Shown here: positions 17,914-27,193 of the stretch, one piece after another
Numbering within the stretch: position 1 is the stretch's first letter
Layout: the number at the start of each line of letters is the position of its first letter
Origin: Minisyncoccia bacterium
GTDB lineage: Bacteria; Patescibacteriota; Minisyncoccia; Phycocordibacterales; UBA918
Direction of reading: 5' to 3'
Assembly (NCBI GenBank): GCA_041742075.1
Contig: JBGSJJ010000009.1
Location: 12,895 to 76,894, forward strand
Length of the DNA stretch: 64,000 nt
Notes under the pieces: generated by a model
Seen by the model: only the letters and a program-made list of their open reading frames with translations
Told to the model about the DNA's origin: nothing
Database searches by the model: none
Made by a program: the position numbers and the translations under genes

Positions 17914-18540
17914 CTACACTTCGCAGGTAAGACCACAGGCTTCAGGGGGTGGAGTACCTCGTTCAGGGCAAAGGCCGGAGTAAATACAAGAATCGGTGGT
18001 CACTTCATCTTGATATGTTTCTATGACAGTTTGGTCGGCTGGGCCATAGTAAAACAGAATCCGCTCGTTTTGTTGGTTGATGTGGTTGGCGGGATTCTCA
18101 ATTTTTTCGCCATTTACATACACTAAGAACGAGTTTGTCTCGTCCGTGCAGTACGCTCGGCCGGTGTCTAAGGTCAGGCAGTCATTTGTTACGGTAACGC
18201 CAAGCGAGGTAAAGAAGTCGCCCAAGGTGAGTCCGTTGGCGTGACGATGAATGACCTCGTCGTTGTTGTCATGAAAGTGCATGTCTTTTAAAAGTACCTG
18301 CTTTGCAGTCGATTGGTAGCGGTCGTCAGTAAATCGTATACGTTCTTCTAGAGCATAGAAAAGAAAATCGCTGTGTACATGGACTTCAGAGTCATGAGAA
18401 TGACTCGACTCTAGAATTCCGTATTTTGCGAGAAAATCTTGCGCTACGTGGCTGTCAAAGTGTGAGTAGGCAAATAAAGCACTTCCCCCGAGGAGAGAAC
18501 CAATCACAAATGAAAGCAATGGTGTATTAAGATTTTTCAT
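17914..18540 (-). CDS. Membrane-anchored His/Cys-rich hypothetical protein
   Basis: N-terminal TM, HSHDSEVHVHSDF, MHFHD...IHRH, and C-terminal CIYSGLCPERG...C...C. Confidence 0.75.
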   Translation of the reverse strand: MKNLNTPLLSFVIGSLLGGSALFAYSHFDSHVAQDFLAKYGILESSHSHDSEVHVHSDFLFYALEERIRFTDDRYQSTAKQVLLKDMHFHDNNDEVIHRHANGLTLGDFFTSLGVTVTNDCLTLDTGRAYCTDETNSFLVYVNGEKIENPANHINQQNERILFYYGPADQTVIETYQDEVTTDSCIYSGLCPERGTPPPEACGLTCEV

Positions 18541-18623
18541 ACGGGCTTCACTGTATCATAATTTAAATAATTGAGGAGATGTACCAAAAACATGCAACAG
18601 AGTAGTGGTATTATATTTTTATA

Positions 18624-21278
18624 ATGAAAACGCTGAATTATTATAGTGAGACAGTTGAAGTTGTGCTGAACTCACTTGAGACAGACTCCGTCATTGGACT
18701 CACCTCACCCGAGGTCGTAGCTCGGCAGAAAATGTATGGAACCAATGAAATTAATGAGAAAAACACTCCCTCTAAACTGACTCTTCTTTTAAGGCAGTTT
18801 CAAAGTCCACTCGTACTTATCTTAGTGTTTGCAATGGTGGCAACCAGTTTTTTAGGAGAGTGGCTCGACACAGTAGTTATTTTTCTGGCCGTCGGTACTA
18901 ATGCAGTCCTTGGTTTTTATCAAGAACACCGGGCTGAGTCAGCCATATCTCACTTACGGTCATTCATTACGGTTCGGACGCGTGTCGTTCGTGAAGGAAA
19001 AGAAATGGAAATAGATGCGCGCGATGTAGTGCCCGGCGACCTAGTTCATTTGGTAACCGGTAGTCGAGTACCTGCTGACGGCCGGTTACTATCAGCTCAA
19101 AACTTAAGTATTGATGAAGCTATATTGACAGGTGAGTCGCTACCGACCGTGAAGCAAGTAACGGTGCTTAAGGAAGGGGTGGGAGTAGCAGACAGAATTA
19201 ATACCTGTTTTGGTGGGACGCTGGTAACTGAGGGCGGGGGACTGATGGTTGTAACAACAATTGGCGCGCAAACTGAGTTTGGAAAAATCGCTGAGCTCGT
19301 GAGCGTAACTCCGCGCGAACAAACACCACTTCAGTTAGCGATGGTAAAACTGGCGTGGGTAATTACCATAGTCGTCTCGCTTCTCGTAACTGGTGTATTT
19401 GCCCTTGGCGTCTCTCGGGGTGAGTCTATATATGAAATGTTTCTCGTGTCAGTCGCGGTAGCGGTTGGAGCAATACCTGAGGCCCTCCCGATTGCGCTTA
19501 CAGCAGTGCTGGCCGTCGGTGTTGAGCGCCTCTCGAAGCGAAAAGGGGTTATGCGAACACTCACAGCAGCGGAAACGCTCGGTTCAACAACTGTGGTTAT
19601 GACAGATAAAACCGGTACGCTCACCGAAGCGAAGCTGGAACTTGTTACCGTTGCGACTATTGAACATATTGCCAAAGGTACGCTCGGGGACAAGAAAATT
19701 GAGTACCACGAGTATAGCCAAGCGCAGAAAGAGTTAGTTACCCTCGCTTCGGCCGGAACCACCGTGATTATCGAAAACCCTCATGAAGTACCACAGGTGT
19801 GGCGCATGAGTGGGAGTCCACTTGAAACGACGTTGGTGCGGACCGCTGGGCTCATGGGGATTCCAGTTTCAGAACTGCATAGTCAGAAACCATATCGGTT
19901 ACTGATTCCATTTGCCTCAACCCATAAATTTTCGGTCACTGAGGGAATGCTTGATTTAGATTCTGATCTGACTGGAAAAGAAAAAGGCTACGCGCACATA
20001 GTGGTTGGCGCGCCTGACGTACTGCTTAGCCGAACAAGTATGCGTGAAGAAGACAAGGAAGTAGTCTCTAAGTATATTGAAACAGAAAGTACCGAAGGGA
20101 AGCGGTTACTTGGTGTCGCGGTATCGTACATCGATAAGGCTTCGCATACTCATGGAAACCACACCCCAGCCGATATTACCCAGTTGCAGTTTGTGGGGAT
20201 TATTTCGTTCCTTGATCCAGTCCGAAAAGAGGTGCCAAAAGCCATTAAACAAATAGAAAACTTCGGAGTTCGAGTAGTTATCGCTACGGGCGACTTAGCC
20301 GGTACCGCAGTTGCAGTGGCGCGTGACCTCGGTTGGGTAATCTCGCCTAATCAGGTGATCACGGGCGAAACCATGCGCCAGCTTTCGGATCGCGCCCTTG
20401 GTGAAGCACTTAAAGAAATACGTATTTTTGCCCGCGTGACACCCACCGATAAGCTTAGGATTGCGAAGCTATATCAGACGCGAGGAGAGATTGTCGCTAT
20501 GACGGGAGATGGTGTAAATGACGCGCCATCGCTTAAGGCCGTAAATATCGGTATTGCGGTTGGTTCGGGAAGCGATGTCGCAAAGGGTGTGGCTGATTTG
20601 ATTTTGCTTGACGATAACTTTCAGACCATTGTCTCAGCTATCGAAGAAGGGAAGCGTGTACTGCATAACATCCGAAAGACATTTGTGTATTTGATGTCGA
20701 GCTGTCTTGATGAAGTGTTTTTAATTGGGGGAAGTTTACTACTCGCTCTTCCACTTCCACTTACCGCGATGCAGATTATTTGGGTTAACTTCTTTACCGG
20801 AAGTTTACCAGCAATTGCGTTTGCTTTTGATACCAACAACCAGGAAACAGGTCAAGTTCGGAAAGGAGGTCGGGAGATAATCAGTGGACGAGTGAAGATA
20901 ATCACCTTTGTGGTTTCGGTAGTGAGTTCAGGAGCACTCTTTGGTCTGTACTATGGACTGCTTAAGCTCGCGCTTCCACTTGAGACCGTGCAGACTTTCA
21001 TTTTTGTTTGTTTCTCCTCGTATATTTTGGTCATTGCGTACTCATTTAGAAACATGTACGCACCGCTTTGGACCTATAACCCATTTTCAAATACCTTTAT
21101 GAACTACGGCGTACTGGCAGGTTTTGCCCTCTTAGCGCTCTCGCTCACGGTACCCTTCCTGCAAGATACCTTTAGTACTACAAGCTTGAGTCTTCCGTGG
21201 TATGGCTTTGTATTTCTATGGGTAGTAGCAAACGTAGCTTTGGTTGAGTTGCTTAAATGGTTAGTATTCCGCCCTTAG
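18624..21278 (+). CDS. P-type (P2A-like) cation-transporting ATPase
   Basis: TGES, IPEALP, DKTGTLT, TGD and GDGVNDAP motifs, about 10 TM helices. Confidence 0.95.
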   Translation: MKTLNYYSETVEVVLNSLETDSVIGLTSPEVVARQKMYGTNEINEKNTPSKLTLLLRQFQSPLVLILVFAMVATSFLGEWLDTVVIFLAVGTNAVLGFYQEHRAESAISHLRSFITVRTRVVREGKEMEIDARDVVPGDLVHLVTGSRVPADGRLLSAQNLSIDEAILTGESLPTVKQVTVLKEGVGVADRINTCFGGTLVTEGGGLMVVTTIGAQTEFGKIAELVSVTPREQTPLQLAMVKLAWVITIVVSLLVTGVFALGVSRGESIYEMFLVSVAVAVGAIPEALPIALTAVLAVGVERLSKRKGVMRTLTAAETLGSTTVVMTDKTGTLTEAKLELVTVATIEHIAKGTLGDKKIEYHEYSQAQKELVTLASAGTTVIIENPHEVPQVWRMSGSPLETTLVRTAGLMGIPVSELHSQKPYRLLIPFASTHKFSVTEGMLDLDSDLTGKEKGYAHIVVGAPDVLLSRTSMREEDKEVVSKYIETESTEGKRLLGVAVSYIDKASHTHGNHTPADITQLQFVGIISFLDPVRKEVPKAIKQIENFGVRVVIATGDLAGTAVAVARDLGWVISPNQVITGETMRQLSDRALGEALKEIRIFARVTPTDKLRIAKLYQTRGEIVAMTGDGVNDAPSLKAVNIGIAVGSGSDVAKGVADLILLDDNFQTIVSAIEEGKRVLHNIRKTFVYLMSSCLDEVFLIGGSLLLALPLPLTAMQIIWVNFFTGSLPAIAFAFDTNNQETGQVRKGGREIISGRVKIITFVVSVVSSGALFGLYYGLLKLALPLETVQTFIFVCFSSYILVIAYSFRNMYAPLWTYNPFSNTFMNYGVLAGFALLALSLTVPFLQDTFSTTSLSLPWYGFVFLWVVANVALVELLKWLVFRP

Positions 21279-21286
21279 TCTTTTTG

Positions 21287-21949
21287 TTACCAAATAATTG
21301 GTTCTTGCCCGTACGCTTTGAGGTAGTTGTTCGTCTGACTAAACTGTTTAGTGCCAAAAAACCCTTTGTAGGCTGAGAGTGGAGACGGATGAGCTGATTC
21401 TAAAACTAAGTGTTTAGAACGGTCGATGTGCATACCTTTTGCTCGGGCGTAATTACCCCACAGCAAAAACACCACATGTTCGCGCTCGCGAGAGAGGGTA
21501 CTAATAACAGCATCAGTAAACATCTCCCAGCCTTTATTTTGGTGAGAACCTGCTTTATGAGCTTCTACCGTGAGCGTTGTGTTTAAAAGAAACACCCCCT
21601 GGGCACATAAGTATGAAAGATCGCCTGAGTTTAGAGGCTCGTGGCCAGTATCAGTTTCGATTTCTTTAAAAATATTTTTAAGTGACGGGGGAAGTGGGGT
21701 TCCTTCCAAAACTGAAAAGGCCAGGCCGTGGGCTTGGTTTAGTCCGTGGTACGGGTCTTGACCTAGGATAACGACCTTCACTGTATACAGCGGGCATTGA
21801 TTGAAAGCAGTAAACACCTGTTCTTTAGGGGGGAAGACGGTAGTGTGTTGATAGGCTTCTTTCACGAAGCTTGAGAGTTCAGTAAAGTAAGGTTTTTCAA
21901 ATTCATCTCTGAGAGCTTCTTGCCACGAGGGTTCGATACTGGCGTGCAT
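21287..21949 (-). CDS. ung: Uracil-DNA glycosylase family 1
   Basis: GQDPYH, PPSLKNI, LLNTTLTV and HPSPLS motifs. Start at 21949 follows a TACACT -10. Confidence 0.96.
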   Translation of the reverse strand: MHASIEPSWQEALRDEFEKPYFTELSSFVKEAYQHTTVFPPKEQVFTAFNQCPLYTVKVVILGQDPYHGLNQAHGLAFSVLEGTPLPPSLKNIFKEIETDTGHEPLNSGDLSYLCAQGVFLLNTTLTVEAHKAGSHQNKGWEMFTDAVISTLSREREHVVFLLWGNYARAKGMHIDRSKHLVLESAHPSPLSAYKGFFGTKQFSQTNNYLKAYGQEPIIW

Positions 21950-21972
21950 GGTAGGTAGTGTAGCGTATGGGC

Positions 21973-22839
21973 TTACTTTTGGCACGAAGGGCAGTAGTGG
22001 GTTCCCCGACCAGCCACTCTCATTTTCTTAATCTCAGTGCCACAGCGTGCACAAGGTGTTCCTTGTTTACCAAAGACTTTAAGATATGAAGTGAAGTTAC
22101 CAGTACTACCTTCGGTATCAAGAAAATGCTGAAAGGTTGTCCCGCCAACTAAGATAGCTTCACGCATCACTGCTCCGGCTTCATGGGCGAGCAATAACGC
22201 TTCTTTTTTACTCAGCGTCTTGGCACTTCGGGTCGGACGTACTTTTGCTCGCCAGAGTGCTTCGTCAACGTAAATATTTCCCAGCCCTGCGACAAAAGAT
22301 TGATCAAGCAAAACTGCTTTGACACTTGTTTTCCGCTTCCGTATAGCATCAGCAAACCACACGGTATCAAAGTTTTTTGCAATCGGTTCTGGACCAAAAC
22401 CAGACCGAGCACGAGCTACCTCAGTTGCGTCGGCGATTTTAAAATACCCAAACAAACGCATATCATTAAAATATAAAGAAGTGGTATCAGTAAAGTGAAA
22501 GGCAACTCGGGTGTGTTTTCCAGGAAGCTCACGATGGTCAGTGGCTGACTGAGAGTGTCCACCACCACTTACATCGCCACGTGTATCAACGTAAAAGAAC
22601 TGACCAGTCATTTTTAAGTGACCAAGTAAAAACAAATCAGACTCTTCTTTAAAAGAAAAAATTAGGAGTTTACCAATCCGGTCGATGTCAGCAAATACCT
22701 TACCGGTTAGAATTTTTTTATAGGCACTATTAAAAGCAGTGGTCTTTGGGTGAAACACATCAACTTCGGCAATCTCCTTGTCGATAAGGGCTCGCTTCAG
22801 TTGGATGCGCACAGTTTCTACTTCAGGGAGTTCAGGCAT
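21973..22839 (-). CDS. mutM: Formamidopyrimidine-DNA glycosylase
   Basis: MPELPEVE, HLKMTG, GLGNIYVDE and a C-terminal C4 zinc finger. Confidence 0.96.
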   Translation of the reverse strand: MPELPEVETVRIQLKRALIDKEIAEVDVFHPKTTAFNSAYKKILTGKVFADIDRIGKLLIFSFKEESDLFLLGHLKMTGQFFYVDTRGDVSGGGHSQSATDHRELPGKHTRVAFHFTDTTSLYFNDMRLFGYFKIADATEVARARSGFGPEPIAKNFDTVWFADAIRKRKTSVKAVLLDQSFVAGLGNIYVDEALWRAKVRPTRSAKTLSKKEALLLAHEAGAVMREAILVGGTTFQHFLDTEGSTGNFTSYLKVFGKQGTPCARCGTEIKKMRVAGRGTHYCPSCQK

Positions 22840-22856
22840 AGTGATTTTACATTGTA

Positions 22857-24146
22857 TTAATCAGAGCGTTTTCCATACAGTGAGAGTGGGTGAAGGCGTG
22901 AAGCAACAGAGTAGGCAGCTATAGTGCTGAGGATGAGTGGAATAATGAGCAGTGGTTCATCAGTTAATTCAAATACAATAATACTGGCGGTAAATGGCGC
23001 GTGAGCAACTCCTGCAAACAGGGAAGCCATACCAAGTAGTATTAAAAGTGTCGAATCAACCGCAATAAAAGGTAGATTTTCAAGTACAGCTCCAAATGAA
23101 CTGCCAAGGATACACCCGATAAATAGCGCTGGCGCAAAAATTCCACCTGACCCACCACTACCTAGGGTGATTGAAGTGGCAACAATTTTTGCGATCAGGA
23201 GAGCAAGTAGGAGGTAAAATGGCAGGGTTACTTCAGAGAGAGAATTGAGTATAAACGGATAGCTCGCTGGCTCATGCACATAGGGGAACAGTAGCGCAAT
23301 CAATCCCACCAACAAACCTCCGAGAGCAGGTTTTAAGATATAGTGAATTGGTAGATTGGTAAAAACTTTTGTCGTAATGCGAAAACAGTAGCCAAAGAGT
23401 ACCGCTACTACTCCAGCGAGGATGCCCAACACGACAATTGTCACCAGGTCTTGCGGTAAGAAACTCACTTCTCCCAAAAAGTTAAATGCGAGCACCGGCT
23501 GACCAATGACAAAAGTGGTAACGTACGCCCCGATGAGACCAGTCAGTAGAAATTGTCCATATCTAATGAGCGGAAGCTTTCGAAACAAAATTTCGCTACA
23601 AAAAATCACTCCGGCAAGCGGTGCCCCAAACGTACCCCCAATACCCGCGGCGGCTCCGGCCCCGAGGAGCATCTTTAACTCGCGGGTATCTAGTTTAAAG
23701 TATTGACCAATGAGTGAACCGATTCCTGCGCCAATCTGAATTATCGGACCTTCTCGACCAGCTGAACCGCCGGTACCAATGGTGAGTGTGGAGGTGAGAA
23801 TTTTAATGGGTGCCACAAAGCGATTGATTTTTCCACCCCGAAGAGCTAGTACTGACAGCACCTCGGGCACACCTTCACCACTGGCGTCATAGGCTTTTGT
23901 TGTATGTATTACAACCCCGACCAAAAGTCCACCAAGAGCGGGAAGAAAGACACGATACCAAACCGGGAGCGATTCTACGCTGGAAATAAAGGTACCAGCA
24001 CCATTAAAACCAAAAGAAATGCTGGTTACTAGTTGTATGAGTACATGAAGAATTATTGCACCAAGTGCACCGCCAAAACCAACAAAAATAGTCAAAAGTA
24101 TGATCTTTATATATGCCGGACGGGGAATAGATTCATTGGAAGTCAT
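22857..24146 (-). CDS. ClC family chloride channel / Cl-/H+ antiporter (no CBS domains)
   Basis: GEGVPEV, GREGP and GGIFAP motifs. Confidence 0.92.
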   Translation of the reverse strand: MTSNESIPRPAYIKIILLTIFVGFGGALGAIILHVLIQLVTSISFGFNGAGTFISSVESLPVWYRVFLPALGGLLVGVVIHTTKAYDASGEGVPEVLSVLALRGGKINRFVAPIKILTSTLTIGTGGSAGREGPIIQIGAGIGSLIGQYFKLDTRELKMLLGAGAAAGIGGTFGAPLAGVIFCSEILFRKLPLIRYGQFLLTGLIGAYVTTFVIGQPVLAFNFLGEVSFLPQDLVTIVVLGILAGVVAVLFGYCFRITTKVFTNLPIHYILKPALGGLLVGLIALLFPYVHEPASYPFILNSLSEVTLPFYLLLALLIAKIVATSITLGSGGSGGIFAPALFIGCILGSSFGAVLENLPFIAVDSTLLILLGMASLFAGVAHAPFTASIIVFELTDEPLLIIPLILSTIAAYSVASRLHPLSLYGKRSD

Positions 24147-24206
24147 GATGGCTAGAGATGCTTAAAGTATACTATATGGCCCATTTTCGGTATTAGCGAC
24201 CGTCTA

Positions 24207-24234
24207 TTGAAACTATTGGCATTTTCTGTACAAT
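24207..24234 (+). promoter_or_regulatory. Sigma70 promoter for the tRNA gene
   Basis: TTGAAA-16-TACAAT, 43 nt upstream of the tRNA 5' end. Confidence 0.6.
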
Positions 24235-24277
24235 GACAGGCACTCACCGTAGTTTGGTGAGTAGTAGAAGAGGAGAT

Positions 24278-24557
24278 TCCGGTGTAGCTCAGTGGTAGAG
24301 CAGTGCGCTGTCAGCAGGCAGCTCCTATTGGAAACTTTAGGATGAACTCTTTGGGATATCGGTGAACGCTAAGTCTAAAATTTAGATATGCCAATACCGA
24401 GGGAACCACACATGCTGTGTGGGCGCCGTAGAGACTAGATACCGAAGTGCCTACTTTCGCACACGTGCGGATAAGGTAAAGATATAGTCCACGCCTTTGT
24501 GAAAACATAGGAAGTCGTGTAACGCATTGGTCGTAGGTTCGAATCCTACCGCCGGAG
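24278..24557 (+). tRNA. tRNA-Asn(GUU), split by a group I intron; exons 24278-24311 and 24520-24557
   Basis: Joined exons TCCGGTGTAGCTCAGTGGTAGAGCAGTGCGCTGT|TAACGCATTGGTCGTAGGTTCGAATCCTACCGCCGGAG fold into a full cloverleaf with anticodon loop CT-GTT-AA and discriminator G. The 3' CCA is not encoded (CAA). Confidence 0.93.
24312..24519 (+). ncRNA. Group I self-splicing intron, 208 nt, no internal ORF
   Basis: P1 GCTGTC-agca-GGCAGC with U.G at the splice site, P4 TCGGT/ACCGA, P3 CTTTGG/CCGAAG, P7 GACTA (24433-37)/TAGTC (24485-89) within GTAGAGACTA and AAGATATAGTCC, GAAA-capped P2 and P9, terminal G. Confidence 0.92.
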
Positions 24558-24589
24558 CAAAATGAACCCCGAAAGGGGTTTTCATTTTG
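24558..24589 (+). terminator. Hairpin/terminator after the tRNA
   Basis: CAAAATGAA-CCCC-gaaa-GGGG-tt-TTCATTTTG. Confidence 0.7.
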
Positions 24590-24980
24590 CTTCGGCGAGC
24601 AAGGTGTGGGACACCTTGCGTGTAGGATTCGAAAACCTTGCCAGCTATTTTGCAAAAATAGCGACAAGGTGTACTGAAACTGTAAGTTTCGAAATTCCTA
24701 CTGTTCAAACGAGCAAGCAATACTAATGTTTACATTTGTATTGTTCTTGTGAGTGCAGAATAGAAAGCTTTGCTTACCGCCTAAGCCACAAAACTGAATA
24801 CCAAAAACACTTGAAAGTGTCATGAAATTGGTGCCCTTACGGCCTGATAAAGGTAACCAGCTCCAGTCTAAAAAATGATACTGCTAGTACATACTCACCA
24901 CTACATTATTTCTAGCAATAGTATCCAATAAATGAGCCAATTTGACGTTATTAGATATTGTGAACCTTAAATATTAAATT

Positions 24981-25521
24981 ATGAAAAAAATTATTTTTGC
25001 CTTATTCAAAGACATTGAAGTAGCAGATCAGGCTATTAGCAAGTTGCATACTGAATTAAATATATCGAACGACAAAATTTCGTATATGTACAAAGACAGA
25101 AACGGAAAAAATACTTCTGGTAATGCTGGTGACTCTACTACTATGACCGCTACCGAAGGGGCTGTTAGTGGAGCTGCTACAGGTGGAATGATTGGTGCAG
25201 CCATTGGTTTGGTAGGAATTGCTGGTCTAACTCGGGCCACTTGGACCAATCGTGGTAGCAGGACCCTTGGCTACATTTCTGGGCATCGCTGGTGGTGCAG
25301 GGGCAGTGGTTGGTACGGGTGTTGCGGGGGCAGTTATTGGAGGACTCGTTGGTGCCCTTATCTCCATGGGAGTAAGTGAACCACAGGCGAGGAATTTTGA
25401 AGAACGTGTCGATGCGGGTGACGTGCTTGTTATCATTCATGCTGAAGAAACCGAAGCAGTTAGCGCTATCCTTCGTGAATTTAAAGCAGAAGAAATAACT
25501 GCCACTGAGACGAAGATTTAG
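24981..25521 (+). pseudogene. General stress protein-like (YflT-like plus glycine zipper) membrane protein, frameshifted at about 25229
   Basis: ORFs 24981.. and ..25521 join into one protein (...GIAGL-LGPLGPIVVAGPLA...) if one A of CTAACTC is removed. Confidence 0.75.
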
Positions 25522-25610
25522 GCATAGCCTAAAAGTTAAAGGAATTAAAGTCCCGGCAATAACTAAAATAACCCGTTACAGGGTTATTTTAAGTACCTAA
25601 TAATATAGAG

Positions 25611-25856
25611 CTAAATAGTTATATCTTCCTCCGGTTCTTTTTCATTGACCTTAGCTGCTTCAATATGTTCTTTGGCCGCTTCTACATGTACGGCGGCTGC
25701 TTGCACGTGCACTTCGGCAGCCTCGACGTGGACTTCAGCAACAGTGGCACGAGCCCCGTCAACTTTCTCCTCTACTTTTTCGGCTTCTACCTCCAAGGCT
25801 TCAACTTTATCGTTAGCGAGTACGAGGCACTCGTCATTTTTTTCATTCTCAGTCAT
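25611..25856 (-). CDS. Small acidic coiled-coil protein with His heptad repeats
   Basis: HVEAAEV-HVQAAAV-HVEAAKE-HIEAAKV. Probable start MTENEK at 25856. Confidence 0.6.
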   Translation of the reverse strand: MTENEKNDECLVLANDKVEALEVEAEKVEEKVDGARATVAEVHVEAAEVHVQAAAVHVEAAKEHIEAAKVNEKEPEEDITI

Positions 25857-26096
25857 AAAATTATGAACGTGATTATTGATAGATGGGGTCAATCTACATT
25901 AATCATTGTACATGAATTAAGCTCAAAGTGGTACTGTAAAAATGGCTCAAAATATAGGTTGTAATGAATTTATTATTTATACGGCATATACTGTGGACAA
26001 GTTTTTTAAAGATGAATTTGTGAATTAAAAAGTCTAGACGTAAGCAAAAAACACCCCTGGGGTGTTTTTTGCAAATACATTTTACTTATTAGAAAT

Positions 26097-26642
26097 TTAT
26101 AGCTTTGCCAGCTGGGTTTGGAGTAGAGCGACCTGCTTAAGGAGAAGCTGGATTTGGGCAAGTAGCTTGGCACGATCAGCTACACTTACGACGGACTTAG
26201 ATGCAGTATTCCAACAGGCTTTAGAAGAATTCCACGGTTGTGTCCCTGACACAGTATACAGATGCTTCGCGTAGCCGAGGTTGCCCGGTAGGGTAGTGAG
26301 GTCAAACCCAAGACGTAGAGCATCTTTGGTGTGGATCGCTTCATTGAATTGAAATACACCGACCATTCCGTAGCCAAGACCGCCACGCAAGACAGTACCA
26401 GCGTCGTTGAATTGTCTGAACTCTGATTCACAGCGAGCGATTTCAACCATAGCGGGCGAATCTTTAAAGAAAGTAGTGAGGAGTGACTTAACAACGCTTG
26501 CACCAGCGTATCCGGTTGGTATAGAAACAGGAGTACTAGTACTTGTGTTTGCTATGGTACTAGCCTCCACTGTAAATACTTGTGGTACCAGAAAAAAACT
26601 TACTACAAACAGAACACCCAAAAAAGAAGATTTACCTGACAT
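26097..26642 (-). CDS. Secreted lysozyme-fold (SLT-like) protein
   Basis: Signal peptide, IARCES, GVFQFN, PWNSSKACW and a C-terminal Leu/Gln coiled coil. Confidence 0.72.
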   Translation of the reverse strand: MSGKSSFLGVLFVVSFFLVPQVFTVEASTIANTSTSTPVSIPTGYAGASVVKSLLTTFFKDSPAMVEIARCESEFRQFNDAGTVLRGGLGYGMVGVFQFNEAIHTKDALRLGFDLTTLPGNLGYAKHLYTVSGTQPWNSSKACWNTASKSVVSVADRAKLLAQIQLLLKQVALLQTQLAKL

Positions 26643-26661
26643 GATTACATCATTAATCAAC

Positions 26662-27033
26662 TTATGAACCCTCAGGCATGAGGTAGTACTGACCAGCTTC
26701 TTCTGTGAAGACATTTTTTATATTTTTCCAACCAGTCGTGTCATCAAGTGAGCCAACTGCCATCAAGATGTTTGGTCCGGTAAGTTGTTCTTTAAAAAGA
26801 GCCGACCCACACAAGTTACAGAAACCACGGCGCGCTTCGCTTGAAGACGCATACCAAGCGAGGCCTGTCTCGTTTGTAAAGTGAAAGTTTGCTTTTTCAG
26901 TCATGACCATCGGGTTGTAGTTACCATGAAGTCTTTGACAGAATTTGCAGTGACAGCTGATTACGCCAGTAATTTCTCCTTGGGCTTCATAGGAAACTGC
27001 TCCACAGCCACATGCTCCTGTTATTTTTTGCAT
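26662..27033 (-). CDS. GFA family (glutathione-dependent formaldehyde-activating / CENP-V-like) zinc protein
   Basis: GACGCG, CHCKFCQR and RGFCNLCGS motifs. Confidence 0.9.
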   Translation of the reverse strand: MQKITGACGCGAVSYEAQGEITGVISCHCKFCQRLHGNYNPMVMTEKANFHFTNETGLAWYASSSEARRGFCNLCGSALFKEQLTGPNILMAVGSLDDTTGWKNIKNVFTEEAGQYYLMPEGS

Positions 27034-27193
27034 ACCTATATTTTAGCATTCTGAAAATAGACGCGGATACAGTCTGGGTAAAACTAGCGCAATGTGGGGT
27101 ATTGTACCAAGTAATAGCGCCAGTATTGACAAATAGCGTTTTTTTAGCGATTGTTATCAATTAGAAGTTCACAAAACTAATGGAGGAAGTCCT

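Noticed and set aside
24147-24277. Fluoride riboswitch / CLC-F exporter
   Set aside because: No crcB-motif sequence is visible upstream, and the protein has GREGP rather than the fluoride-type GNNLI/GREGT signatures
24278-24314. tRNA-Asp(GTC) reading of the 5' half
   Set aside because: The C belongs to the intron. P1 places the U.G pair at 24311 and the intron must end in G (24519), giving the spliced loop CT-GTT-AA, which is Asn.
24311-24720. Minus-strand ORFs 24311..24667 and 24451..24720 as a homing endonuclease or other protein
   Set aside because: They are antisense to the tRNA and intron and lack LAGLIDADG, HNH or GIY-YIG motifs
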